A stretch of DNA of 64,000 nucleotides from Candidatus Nomurabacteria bacterium (GCA_943356415.1 CALREW010000002.1:128325-192324); one strand, 5' to 3'. Shown: positions 49,005-58,416, counted from the first letter of the stretch. Notes: generated from the sequence alone by a model not told the origin. Translations and numbers: made by a program.

Positions 49005-50510
49005 TCAGCACATCCTGCCGATGTCACAGTCGACGAACGTGTCGATGACCAAGTGAGGTTCGTGCGCACACCTCATGCTGCGGCGTTTTCCGTGAGAGAG
49101 GTTCACGCGCACTACCCTACAGCCAAGCTCGTGCGCGTAGAGAAGCTCGTGTTCAGGGTTGTCCCCGACCACGATCATATGTTCCGGCGGGAGACCAGAT
49201 TCATCGAGGAGGCGTTTGAGCCTCTCGCGCTTGTCTGCTCCCTTCTCGACGATATGAACGCTGTCGAACATATCGTTGATACCGAGAACCTCCAGCTTGC
49301 GCTCTTGGTACCCGATCTCACCTGCAGAAAGGAGGACCCTGCGGTGCCCGGCGTGCGAGAGTGCGCCGAGGAATTGCCGAGCGCCCGGTACCAATGTCAG
49401 AAACTCGATACGTCCGACATCGCCTTGGAGATCCTTGGTGGTGTTAGCCAACGTATCGTCGAGATCCACAACGAATATACGGGGTTCCACAGGCAGGCCT
49501 GGCTCCATGAGACCCATAACCGCGTGCGCGAGCCTGGTGCCGTCATGGTGGATGAGCCCTTGTTGTAGCGCTCGCTCGCTCACGAAGTCGCCCGTGACGA
49601 TGCGGTGTGTCGAACCCTTGAAGAGCAGTTCCTTTTCTCCAGCGTGGAGGATCACCGGTTCGGCTTTCTCCTCACGGAAGTATTTGTCGAGCATCGCCTT
49701 CGGGATGCGGCCTTCGTTGACGAGAATGGCATCGAACTTCTTGCGCCCGACCCCATACCGAAGCAGCGGCAGTTCCACGAAGTCCTTGGCTGAGAACCCG
49801 CGCGTTTCTGCATACTTCGTCATCAGGTTGACGATGTAGATCAGCTGGCCGGCAGATGCACTGATGGCGTCCGCGAGGCCGTCAACTAGTAGCAACGGTA
49901 TGATCGACGTGTAGAGGTCGCCCGGTCCGAGAACGATGACATCCGCTTCGCGAATAGCCTTGTCAGCCTCCGCGCAGATGTACGCGCTGCGATCTAGACG
50001 TACCCGAAGCACGTAGCGATCATCCTTGAGGCTGCGGGTGTCGATCAAACCCTCGCCCATCATTTCACTGCCATCGCTGAGTTCAGCAATGAGATGGCAG
50101 TCGTTGGTCGATATCGGATAGATGGAGGCCCTGCAGCCACACACCTTCGCGACAGCTTGCGACGCTTGACTGCGTCCGTACAGCTGCTCGCTCGCGGCGA
50201 GAATCAGATTGCCGAGGCTCCGATCCTTGAGCGGCGAACCTTGCCCCTCGGGGAAGCGATACGCCATGAAAGGCGCCATGGGGTTGGTGGTGTCCATGGT
50301 GGCAAGGATGAGCCGTCGAGCATCGCCCGGAGGCAACACTCCTTGTTCGGTCCTCAAATTGCCTGAATCGCCGCCGCTATCACCGATGTTGACGATGTGC
50401 GTCCGTTCACCGATGGCGAGGTCGCCAAAGCCGCGAGCGACATTGAACCCACCGGTGCCACCGGTGAGGGTAACAACGCGAAGATTGCGCCGAGCACGAA
50501 GTGGGCTCAT
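49005..50510 (-). CDS. YvcK/GlmR (UPF0052, CofD-like) domain fused to a HAD-like hydrolase
   Basis: TGGTG, DSGGDSG.LR, PPGD.R, SLGNL, GPGDLYTSIIP; C-terminal VDLDDTL, LLSAG, K, VGDN. Confidence 0.85.
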   Translation of the reverse strand: MSPLRARRNLRVVTLTGGTGGFNVARGFGDLAIGERTHIVNIGDSGGDSGNLRTEQGVLPPGDARRLILATMDTTNPMAPFMAYRFPEGQGSPLKDRSLGNLILAASEQLYGRSQASQAVAKVCGCRASIYPISTNDCHLIAELSDGSEMMGEGLIDTRSLKDDRYVLRVRLDRSAYICAEADKAIREADVIVLGPGDLYTSIIPLLLVDGLADAISASAGQLIYIVNLMTKYAETRGFSAKDFVELPLLRYGVGRKKFDAILVNEGRIPKAMLDKYFREEKAEPVILHAGEKELLFKGSTHRIVTGDFVSERALQQGLIHHDGTRLAHAVMGLMEPGLPVEPRIFVVDLDDTLANTTKDLQGDVGRIEFLTLVPGARQFLGALSHAGHRRVLLSAGEIGYQERKLEVLGINDMFDSVHIVEKGADKRERLKRLLDESGLPPEHMIVVGDNPEHELLYAHELGCRVVRVNLSHGKRRSMRCAHEPHLVIDTFVDCDIGRMC

Positions 50511-50600
50511 GGTCGTACCTTTCCTGTTGATGATGCGGTATTGAAGTAAGAGCTCCGAGGGCAAGCCTACCTGAGCAGACTTCTGCCTTCCAGTTCCAAA

Positions 50601-50636
50601 CGATAGAACCATCCTCACGTGAGGATGGTTCTATCG
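50601..50636. repeat. perfect 36-bp palindrome (possible rpsG terminator or REP-like site)
   Basis: CGATAGAACCATCCTCAC|GTGAGGATGGTTCTATCG. Confidence 0.85.
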
Positions 50637-50677
50637 AAACCCTTCAACAACCTCAGGGTAATTTTGCGAGCGCAAAA

Positions 50678-51148
50678 TTACCAAGCAAAGTGGGCAAACG
50701 CTTTGTTGGCTTCTGCCATACGATGCGTATCCTCACGCTTCTTCACTGCAGCACCTTCGTTGTTGGACGCTGCAAGCAGTTCATCTGCAAGGCGCTTATG
50801 CATCGGCATACCTTTCTTTGAAGTAGCCGCATCGAGTATCCAGCGGTAGGTAAGAGCCGTGCGGCGCTCAGGACGCACTTCGCGCGGAACTTGGTAGTTA
50901 GCACCACCGACACGACGAGAACGAACCTCCATGAGCGGACCTACATTCTTTAGTGCGGCCTCAAAAATCTCGAGAGGATTGTCGGTCTTGGTCTTTTCTT
51001 TAATGTCATCGAGTGCACCGTAAACAATTTTTCGGGCAATGTGCTTCTTGCCGTCCTTCATGACGTAATTAACAAACTTCTCGATTTTTACCGAGTCGTA
51101 CTTGGAGTCAGCACCGACGATATTTCGATTTTTTACTTTGCGACGCAT
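50678..51148 (-). CDS. rpsG: 30S ribosomal protein S7
   Basis: MKDGKK, EVRSRRVGGANYQVP, HRMAEANKAFAHF. Confidence 0.98.
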   Translation of the reverse strand: MRRKVKNRNIVGADSKYDSVKIEKFVNYVMKDGKKHIARKIVYGALDDIKEKTKTDNPLEIFEAALKNVGPLMEVRSRRVGGANYQVPREVRPERRTALTYRWILDAATSKKGMPMHKRLADELLAASNNEGAAVKKREDTHRMAEANKAFAHFAW

Positions 51149-51153
51149 AGAAA

Positions 51154-51573
51154 TTATTTACCACCTGCCTTAGGACGCTTTACACCGTAGCGGCTGCGAG
51201 AAACTTTGCGGCCTTCAACAGCGCCTGCATCGAGACGGCCGCGTACCACTTGGTAACGAACGTTAATGTCCTTCACGCGACCTGCACGCACAACAACAAC
51301 GGAGTGCTCTTGGAGATTATGCTTCTCACCCGGAATATAGGCGGTGATTTCAGTTCCATTTGTGAGGCGCACGCGAGCAATCTTACGAATAGCTGAGTTC
51401 GGCTTGCGAGGAGTGACGGTTGTTACCTTAGTGCAGACGCCACGCTTGAAAGGAGACGGGTAGAACGTTGGTCGGTTCTTGAGCACGTTAAAACCGCGCT
51501 GGAGTGCCGGCGCTTTGGATTTCTTTATCTGCGATTTGCGTCCTTTGCGGACGAGTTGGCTGATGCGTGACAT
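51154..51573 (-). CDS. rpsL: 30S ribosomal protein S12
   Basis: [39 protein letters not shown]. Confidence 0.98.
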   Translation of the reverse strand: MSRISQLVRKGRKSQIKKSKAPALQRGFNVLKNRPTFYPSPFKRGVCTKVTTVTPRKPNSAIRKIARVRLTNGTEITAYIPGEKHNLQEHSVVVVRAGRVKDINVRYQVVRGRLDAGAVEGRKVSRSRYGVKRPKAGGK

Positions 51574-51633
51574 ACCTTGCGTGGAGCAATAAAAAACCGC
51601 CGTGAAGCGTGCCGCTACCTTATCAAAGCCTTC

Positions 51634-52281
51634 TTATAACTGCAATAGTGAGGTGCCTGTGAGGCCGCCGAAGAGACTGCCAAGAAGGGCGCTGAAGATA
51701 GGAGCAAAAAGGTAGAAGACGAGAAGCACGAGGGCAAAGCCCATAAAGGGTCCGAGAGCAGCAATTCGACGCTCAAACTCACGATATTTGAGATCAAGTC
51801 CTGGAGGCAATATGCCGCCGAGAACCTTTGCGCCATCAAGTGGCGGTACCGGTATCAAGTTAAAGAGACCCAGCATAAGGTTGATGTAGACCGCAAAACC
51901 AACAACTTCTAAAAATGCTGCAGAAAAACCACCACCGAAGAAACGAATACTGAGGCCAAGTACGATAGCTAAACAGAAGTTGGTGAGCGCACCAGCTGCA
52001 GCCACAAAGGCTTCAGCGTATCGACCCCGAAGATTGTATGGGTTGTACGGAACCGGCTTTGCGTACCCAAAAAGTATTGGGGAGTGCATCATAACCATAA
52101 GAGCCGGGAGCAGTACTGAACCGAATGGATCGATATGCTTCAGAGGATTAAGGGTGAGACGCCCTGCCATACGCGCCGTTGGGTCTCCAAGGAAGTTGGC
52201 GGCATAGCCATGAGCCACCTCATGGAGGACCGCTGATATAAGGAGGATGACGACTGCAACCAGGATTGAACTTAGTTCCAT
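51634..52281 (-). CDS. site-2 protease (M50 family)
   Basis: HEVAH, GRLTLNPLKHID, FNLIPVPPLDG. Confidence 0.92.
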   Translation of the reverse strand: MELSSILVAVVILLISAVLHEVAHGYAANFLGDPTARMAGRLTLNPLKHIDPFGSVLLPALMVMMHSPILFGYAKPVPYNPYNLRGRYAEAFVAAAGALTNFCLAIVLGLSIRFFGGGFSAAFLEVVGFAVYINLMLGLFNLIPVPPLDGAKVLGGILPPGLDLKYREFERRIAALGPFMGFALVLLVFYLFAPIFSALLGSLFGGLTGTSLLQL

Positions 52282-52399
52282 TCCGAATAGTTTATAGGCA
52301 CTGGGCGCTAGGCGCTAGCTACTTCCTATAGCCTAACCGCCTAGTCTCAGCTCCCCTCTCTTCCAATCGGAGGACCGCTGTGATACGGTATCTGACGTT

Positions 52400-52642
52400 A
52401 TGGCACGCGTATGCGAAGTCACAAAAAAGGGCTCGATCGTTGGCGGCGGCTACAGTAATCGCACTCGTGCGACGAAGTTCAACCCGACCGGCAAAGTTCG
52501 CAAACAGCCCAACCTCCAAAAGAAGCGCATTTTTGTGCCTGAGCTTAATCGTTCAATTATGCTGACCCTCTCCACCTCAGCGTTGCGCACCATCCAAAAG
52601 CGCGGAGCGTACGTCACCCTCAAAAAAGCAGGTCTTATTTAA
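52400..52642 (+). CDS. rpmB: 50S ribosomal protein L28
   Basis: MARVCEVTKK..PNLQ..LSTSALRT. Confidence 0.92.
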   Translation: MARVCEVTKKGSIVGGGYSNRTRATKFNPTGKVRKQPNLQKKRIFVPELNRSIMLTLSTSALRTIQKRGAYVTLKKAGLI

Positions 52643-52717
52643 GAAATCAACGTGTGAGACGCGAAACGGCCCGCCCCTGTTTAAGGGCGGGCCGTTTCCT
52701 TTTGCGCCTCACGGCGC

Positions 52718-53308
52718 TCAAGGTCTGGTGAAGAACTCTGAAGCGAGCCTCTGAATGCGCTCCACGTCGAAGCGCGCATCCAGGAAATTGTACGGCACAC
52801 CCGACTGAGACGCTTCCGCACGCCAAGTCCGGCATTCGGCGATGTCTCGCTCGACATGCCGTTCGCCACGCGTTTCAAGCCGTGTGCGTAACATCACCTC
52901 ATCAGCAATATCGAGAAAGAGGAATCGAACCATCCTCTCCTTGCCGATGGATTGTGCGAAGCGGAGCAGGTCCTTGGCGTTGTCGACGGAAATATCGGCT
53001 ACCGCGAGCGGCCCACTATCACTTAAGGCCTGCTTAACCGACATCTTCGTCGCGCCATGGAGATATCCTCCTCGCTCAAACTGCCAGAGTATCTCCTTAG
53101 ACGCGATGCGCTTTTGGAACTCCGCGGAGGTGGTGTATTCGTACGCGCTAGGGGTATCAGAAGGCCGAGCCGGACGTGTCGTGATGCGAACGAGTGGCGC
53201 AGCTTTCGGGAAGATATTGAGCAGTCCCTGCTGCAGGGTGGTCTTTCCAGCACCTGCAGGGCCGCTGATAACCCAAATGCCGCTCTGCGGCACAGCAAAG
53301 TGACGCAT
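52718..53308 (-). CDS. gmk: guanylate kinase-like protein
   Basis: ISGPAGAGKTT, TTRPARP, Y.Y, G.LHG, RL.TRG. Confidence 0.75.
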   Translation of the reverse strand: MRHFAVPQSGIWVISGPAGAGKTTLQQGLLNIFPKAAPLVRITTRPARPSDTPSAYEYTTSAEFQKRIASKEILWQFERGGYLHGATKMSVKQALSDSGPLAVADISVDNAKDLLRFAQSIGKERMVRFLFLDIADEVMLRTRLETRGERHVERDIAECRTWRAEASQSGVPYNFLDARFDVERIQRLASEFFTRP

Positions 53309-53366
53309 GGTGTAACACCTTGAGTTGTTTCAACCAAACCTAGTAATACAACTCGAATAAAGCGTG

Positions 53367-54248
53367 TCAACGTTTACTCCACACCTTTCCATCAGAGGTA
53401 AATTCAATAGTTCCATCTTTGCACGTCCATAGATACGGAATTTTGTGCGCAGCGAGACGCTCCAATACTTCCTTGTGAGGATGCCCATAGGAGTTGTCGC
53501 AGCCTGCAGAAACAATAGCGACGTCAGGGTCGACCATCGCAAGTAATTTTTCTCCACTTGAAGTGCGGGAACCGTGGTGACCGAGTTTTAGTATCTGACT
53601 TTTGAGTTTTTCTCCATCAAGTGCTGTCACAAAATCTTCGACGGGCACGACGGTATCACCCATAAGCATGACGCGTGTATCACCATAGACCAATTGCATG
53701 ATGAGAGACCCTGGATTGCTGTCGAGAGCAGCCACGTCGCGGTCAGGAAAAAGAACTTTGAGGTACGCTCCACCGCCGAGGTCTATCGTTTCGCTACGCT
53801 TTGGAAATGTGCGCGAAACTCCTTCGCTTTCAACCGCCTTTACAAGCGCGTTGTACATCGGCGAGTCTTTTGCGGTTCCTGATTCAAATTCTCGTGCAAC
53901 GTCATACCGTTTGAGAACATCAAGAAATCCCGCGAAATGATCTTGATCCGGATTGGTGACAATAATTGCATCGAGGGAGCGATCCCATAGCGGCATAACG
54001 CCACTTAGTTCACGAACTACCGAGGAGTCCGGGCCGCCGTCGACCACAACCTGTGTACCTGTTGGTGATTCGATAAAAATGGCATCCCCTTGCCCAACAT
54101 CAAGAAATGCGACCGTGAGTTTTCCGTTTCTATCATTAGAAGAAAACAAAACGGTTAGTGAAGCAGCACACACGAGAACGAGAAGTGCGAGAAGGAGTGC
54201 GGGCATGTATCGTCTTGCCAACAAAGTCATGCGCAAAAGTATACCCAT
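53367..54248 (-). CDS. ComEC/Rec2-type metallo-beta-lactamase domain protein
   Basis: FLDVGQGDA, VDGG, TNPDQDHFAG, MGD, KLGHHGS, NSYGHP. Confidence 0.9.
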   Translation of the reverse strand: MGILLRMTLLARRYMPALLLALLVLVCAASLTVLFSSNDRNGKLTVAFLDVGQGDAIFIESPTGTQVVVDGGPDSSVVRELSGVMPLWDRSLDAIIVTNPDQDHFAGFLDVLKRYDVAREFESGTAKDSPMYNALVKAVESEGVSRTFPKRSETIDLGGGAYLKVLFPDRDVAALDSNPGSLIMQLVYGDTRVMLMGDTVVPVEDFVTALDGEKLKSQILKLGHHGSRTSSGEKLLAMVDPDVAIVSAGCDNSYGHPHKEVLERLAAHKIPYLWTCKDGTIEFTSDGKVWSKR

Positions 54249-54294
54249 AAACTGCCTCGCGCCCGCCGATTACCTCGGCGGGCGCGCGTATTGT

Positions 54295-55293
54295 TCACTT
54301 CGACATCCTGTGGAAGTCGAAGAAATCGAAACCATGCCGGACGACCCTGTCGACTAACGAATAGGAGCCGTCGCGCATGAACTCCTCGGTGAGGATGTAA
54401 TCGGGAATGACCCCATGAGCCTCCCGCAAAGTTGGCCATTTACCGTTGCCGACGATCACCTCACCCACCGTCACGCTCACCTCGACATGACGCTCTGGCG
54501 GGAAATAGGCCATCTGGTAGGCCGACTTCCCGAACGTCTGACGGCCCATGATACGTACACCGATGGGATTGGCTTGCCTCGCGTATGCAGCAAGCATCTC
54601 ACCGGCAGATGCCGTGCGCCCATCAACGAGGATGAGCGTCTGACGTCCGTGCAGCATGCCGCGAGCTTGTGCGTAGTACGGTTGGGAGTCTCGCGCCGTC
54701 CGATCAGTCATCACCAAGGCTCCACGGCCTGGCGCAAAGAGCCCAGCGAGGCCGATCATTTCATCGAACATTCCCCCAGGAGAGCTCCGGAGGTCGAGGA
54801 TGAGCTTGTCGGTTTGCTCCATCGCCGCAAGGACCGAGTACGCCTTTTCGTACGTACCTAGCGTTCCAAAGTGATGGATCGCTAGGTACTGGATGCCGGG
54901 CACGCGATCGTGGATGACGCCTGCTCCAACCTTCAAATTGGAGTGAGCCGATGTGGTCGGCTGGTAATTTGGCTGGCTGGCGTTCAGGGCCTGGAGGAAC
55001 CAGCTCTCGTGCAGCGGAAGAATGCGGCTGTATTGGTCCATGCATCCTTCTTTTTGCAATTGCTCCACCAGCTTGAGGGTACTCTGGCCCGCATTCGCGC
55101 GGCAGTACAGGTCAGCCAATTTTGGCATGCACTCTGTCCTGACCGGATGGAGAGCGATGCGCGCAAATTGCGCAATCAGGTCGTTCTCCCCGCAGTCCCG
55201 AAACAAAGTGTCTTGTGCCAGCGTCCGACCAGGGCACAACATGACGATAACGGCAGCAAGTGCCGCCAAGCAAACGCTCGCGAACCGCTTCAT
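54295..55293 (-). CDS. secreted S41-family (C-terminal processing) peptidase, no obvious PDZ
   Basis: signal peptide; LILDLRSSPGG, TASAGE (Ser), TFGK (Lys), GVIPD. Confidence 0.85.
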   Translation of the reverse strand: MKRFASVCLAALAAVIVMLCPGRTLAQDTLFRDCGENDLIAQFARIALHPVRTECMPKLADLYCRANAGQSTLKLVEQLQKEGCMDQYSRILPLHESWFLQALNASQPNYQPTTSAHSNLKVGAGVIHDRVPGIQYLAIHHFGTLGTYEKAYSVLAAMEQTDKLILDLRSSPGGMFDEMIGLAGLFAPGRGALVMTDRTARDSQPYYAQARGMLHGRQTLILVDGRTASAGEMLAAYARQANPIGVRIMGRQTFGKSAYQMAYFPPERHVEVSVTVGEVIVGNGKWPTLREAHGVIPDYILTEEFMRDGSYSLVDRVVRHGFDFFDFHRMSK

Positions 55294-55451
55294 GTCTCAT
55301 CCCCCGCTCTAGAGTTTCCTGGAATTGAAAGGCCAGGTCCTCATATAGCGAACAACTGAAGTGCCATTCGCGCAACTGGATGTGTGAGGATACGTGAGGT
55401 ATGCTTTTTCCATAAGCATCCTCTTATCCTTGTAATTATTTCTCACTCTAT

Positions 55452-56048
55452 ATGACTTACCAAGAACAAAAATTCGAACTCCCCGCTCTCACTGGTATCT
55501 CTCCCAAGCAGCTCGAGGTACATCTCAAGCTGTATGCCGGTTATGTAAAGCATGTGAATGTGCTAAACGCGGTCATCGAAGCCTACAAAAAGACCGAGGA
55601 CGAGGGCGGTAAATATGCCCTATCCGAAGTAAAACGCCGCCTGGGTTTTGAATTCGACGGTATGCGCATGCACGAGCACTACTTCACGCAGTGGGAAAAA
55701 GGTCCCTCTGCACTCGCTGAAAACGGTGCCCTTGCTCTGGCACTCACTCGTCAATATGGCTCAGTCGATGCATTCCTCGCCGAATTCAAAGCCGTTGGCA
55801 TGATGCGCGGCATTGGCTGGGCAGTCCTCTATTTTGATCCAAAAGCTGGTCAGTTCCACACCGCATGGGTAGGCGATCACGAGTTCGGTCAGCTTTCAGG
55901 TCTTCCCGTTATCCTTGTAATGGACATGTGGGAACACGCGTTTATGGTGGATTACGTCCCGGCAGACAAGTCAAAATACGTTGAAGCATTCTTTGTGAAC
56001 CTCAATTGGTCAGTACCAGAGGAACGGTTTGCGCAAGCAAGCAAATAA
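55452..56048 (+). CDS. Fe/Mn superoxide dismutase family protein
   Basis: HLKLYAGYV, MHEHYF, GIGWA, DMWEHAF, NLNW. Confidence 0.9.
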   Translation: MTYQEQKFELPALTGISPKQLEVHLKLYAGYVKHVNVLNAVIEAYKKTEDEGGKYALSEVKRRLGFEFDGMRMHEHYFTQWEKGPSALAENGALALALTRQYGSVDAFLAEFKAVGMMRGIGWAVLYFDPKAGQFHTAWVGDHEFGQLSGLPVILVMDMWEHAFMVDYVPADKSKYVEAFFVNLNWSVPEERFAQASK

Positions 56049-56092
56049 AGAATCCTCTCTAACAAAACACCCCGCGACTGCAGGGTGTTTTG

Positions 56093-56515
56093 TTATGAAA
56101 AGAGTGACGCAACTCGATCGTGCTCGTCAGGCAAAAGATCTGCAAACAGTTTTCCTTCGTGGACGTCGGCATTTGCGTAAAGTGTGTCTTCAAACGTACG
56201 CGGCATAACATGGAAGTGCACGTGATTAACTTTAAATTTACTTTCCGGAAGGAACGGGCGGTAATGCTGCCGCGTGTCGACGCCAGTCGCAAACGCAGCG
56301 AGCAAGCGCTCTTGTGCCAAGTTCACAAGTTTAAATATCCCGGCGAGTTCCTCAGTGCTCAGCTCCCACGGTCGCTCAACGTGTCTATGCGGTATAACGA
56401 GTGTATGCCCTTCAACTTTTCGAGGGTTGCTGAGCATTAAGTACGCAACATCGTTTTGCACGAGGATACGCTGTTTTGGTTCACAAAATGGACATTCCTG
56501 CGGCGTCTTTTCCAT
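56093..56515 (-). CDS. HIT family protein
   Basis: CPFC, GHTLVIP.RH, HVHFHVMPR. Confidence 0.88.
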   Translation of the reverse strand: MEKTPQECPFCEPKQRILVQNDVAYLMLSNPRKVEGHTLVIPHRHVERPWELSTEELAGIFKLVNLAQERLLAAFATGVDTRQHYRPFLPESKFKVNHVHFHVMPRTFEDTLYANADVHEGKLFADLLPDEHDRVASLFS

Positions 56516-58019
56516 TCACCTTAGTATAAAGACGCATCATAGAGAGCGCTAGCGGGACAAGAAGCGCATAGCTCACGAAAATAAGCGGTGTTTGGAGTCT
56601 CGCTACGTCGATACTTGCCCCTGGCACGGCAGCTGCGGTTTGAGCAACGTGCACGATGAACCACAGCAAACTAGCTGAGGGGAGCATCGGCAAAAAGGCG
56701 ATGCTACTTGAGAAAAGACCTACGCCTGCGGCGATTGCTCCGAACAACATCGACGCAGGTACGAGTGGTAGTGCAAGAATGTTTGCTGGAAGCGCGACAA
56801 GTGAGAGTTGTCCGGTATAAAAAATGAGCGCCGGCAAAACAAAACACTGGGTCGCGAGCGTCGCAGAGGCAATCTCTCTTAGACCTGCCCGCACAGATAC
56901 AAAATGTAACTTTGCAGAAAAGAAGGGACCGAGCGTGATAAGACCGAATGTTGCGAGAAACGAAAGTACAAACGATGGATCGTGAGCAATGATCAACGGG
57001 TTGTACAAAACCATGCCGGAAGCAGCAAGGATGAGTGAGCGAAGCGCCAACGATGGGCGACGAAGCATTTGAGCGACCAATGCAATAAGCGCCATGCATG
57101 CAGCACGAATAACAGTCGCAGTGAACCCGACCATTGCAGAAAAAAGTAGGATACTAATGCCACCGAGAATAAGTCGCGCGCGGTTTGATAAGCGTGGAAT
57201 CAAGGAGAGAAGCCATATGCATGCAACCGCGACAACCGTCAGGTTATACCCAGAGAGCACCACAATATGGACGAGACTCGAGCGACGAAACGCATCCGTT
57301 ACTTTTTTAGGAAGCGCATCTTGTTCGCCAAGGAGCATCCCTTCGAGCAACCCTCCCTGCGGTTCAGGAAACACGCTTTGTATTGAGTCTTCAAGCGCGT
57401 GTTTGAAACTGAAAAGTGTCCCGAGCGGAGAGCAACAAGACGCTTTTTGGCCTACTTCTATTGAAGGTCTAAACACCACCGCGCCAATTCCCTTTGCGGC
57501 AAGGTATCCAGGGTAATCGAACGTCGCTCCCGTGTCGGTCTCAAAAGGCTCGGGCAACGATAACTCACCTCGAACTTCTAAGCGGTCTCCGTATGCAATA
57601 GCGCTTCCCCTGTCAGCAAAAAGCATAATCCGGCCAGAAGCCACACCTGCGCCTATTTCTTCAACCTCAAGTACGACGTGCGTGCTCTTTTCACTCTTCT
57701 GCGGATCTAGAATAACGCGCCCAACAATGGTCTCGTCGCGTCCAATGTGGGTCAAAAGAGGGACGGCTACGTCAGTGACGAGCAGAACACGTAAACAACC
57801 GAGCGCACACGCCGCAAGCGCGACGGATACGATGCCTACACGTACATGGAGTATTCCTAGAGACGACAGTGCTAAGAATGCGGCCGCGAGGAGCACGAGT
57901 ACAAAAACAAAAGCACTACCAAAATTGACAAGCGAGTAGAGGAGCGCCCCGAAAAGGAATGCGACTGCGGCTACTTGTAAAAATAATGCGCCTTCATGCG
58001 CCTTTATCCATTGCGGCAT
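56481..58019 (-). CDS. comEC: ComEC competence protein (DUF4131 and competence domains)
   Basis: FDYPGYL, GMLLG, HIVVLSGYN, IRA..M, SF.LSFLAT, AN. Confidence 0.9.
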   Translation of the reverse strand: MPQWIKAHEGALFLQVAAVAFLFGALLYSLVNFGSAFVFVLVLLAAAFLALSSLGILHVRVGIVSVALAACALGCLRVLLVTDVAVPLLTHIGRDETIVGRVILDPQKSEKSTHVVLEVEEIGAGVASGRIMLFADRGSAIAYGDRLEVRGELSLPEPFETDTGATFDYPGYLAAKGIGAVVFRPSIEVGQKASCCSPLGTLFSFKHALEDSIQSVFPEPQGGLLEGMLLGEQDALPKKVTDAFRRSSLVHIVVLSGYNLTVVAVACIWLLSLIPRLSNRARLILGGISILLFSAMVGFTATVIRAACMALIALVAQMLRRPSLALRSLILAASGMVLYNPLIIAHDPSFVLSFLATFGLITLGPFFSAKLHFVSVRAGLREIASATLATQCFVLPALIFYTGQLSLVALPANILALPLVPASMLFGAIAAGVGLFSSSIAFLPMLPSASLLWFIVHVAQTAAAVPGASIDVARLQTPLIFVSYALLVPLALSMMRLYTKVNGKDAAGMSIL

Positions 58020-58416
58020 TGGCTAATGCATCGGCAATCTTATTTTTCTCACGCGGCACATGCACGTAGGAAATAATTGGAAAACTTTTTTCTATTAAAA
58101 TCTGCGCCTCCGCGTAGAGCGGTTTGAGATTCGGGTGTTTCACTTTATATCTTCCCTGTAATTGTCGGATCACTAACTCACTATCCATCCGTATTTCAAC
58201 GGTTATTTCTTTAAGGCTCGTCCCGAATTTCTTCTTAGCGACTTTCAGTCCTTCAATAAGTGCCGTGTATTCGGCGACATTGTTTGTCGTGTGTCCGAGA
58301 AACTTAGAGACTTCAGCAATAACGGTGCCGTCAGTAGAGAGAACTGCCGAGCCTGCACCGGCAGGACCAGGGTTTCCTCGAGCGCCGCCATCAGCGTATA
58401 TGTAAATCTTTTCCAT
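57994..58416 (-). CDS. rnhA: ribonuclease HI family protein
   Basis: DGGARGNPGPAG, TNNVAEY, DSELV, PREKN..AD.LAN. Confidence 0.92.
   Translation of the reverse strand: MEKIYIYADGGARGNPGPAGAGSAVLSTDGTVIAEVSKFLGHTTNNVAEYTALIEGLKVAKKKFGTSLKEITVEIRMDSELVIRQLQGRYKVKHPNLKPLYAEAQILIEKSFPIISYVHVPREKNKIADALANAAMDKGA

Noticed and set aside
55387-55430. Imperfect hairpin upstream of sod
   Set aside because: Several bulges and no recognisable riboswitch or operator; cannot be distinguished from chance by eye.
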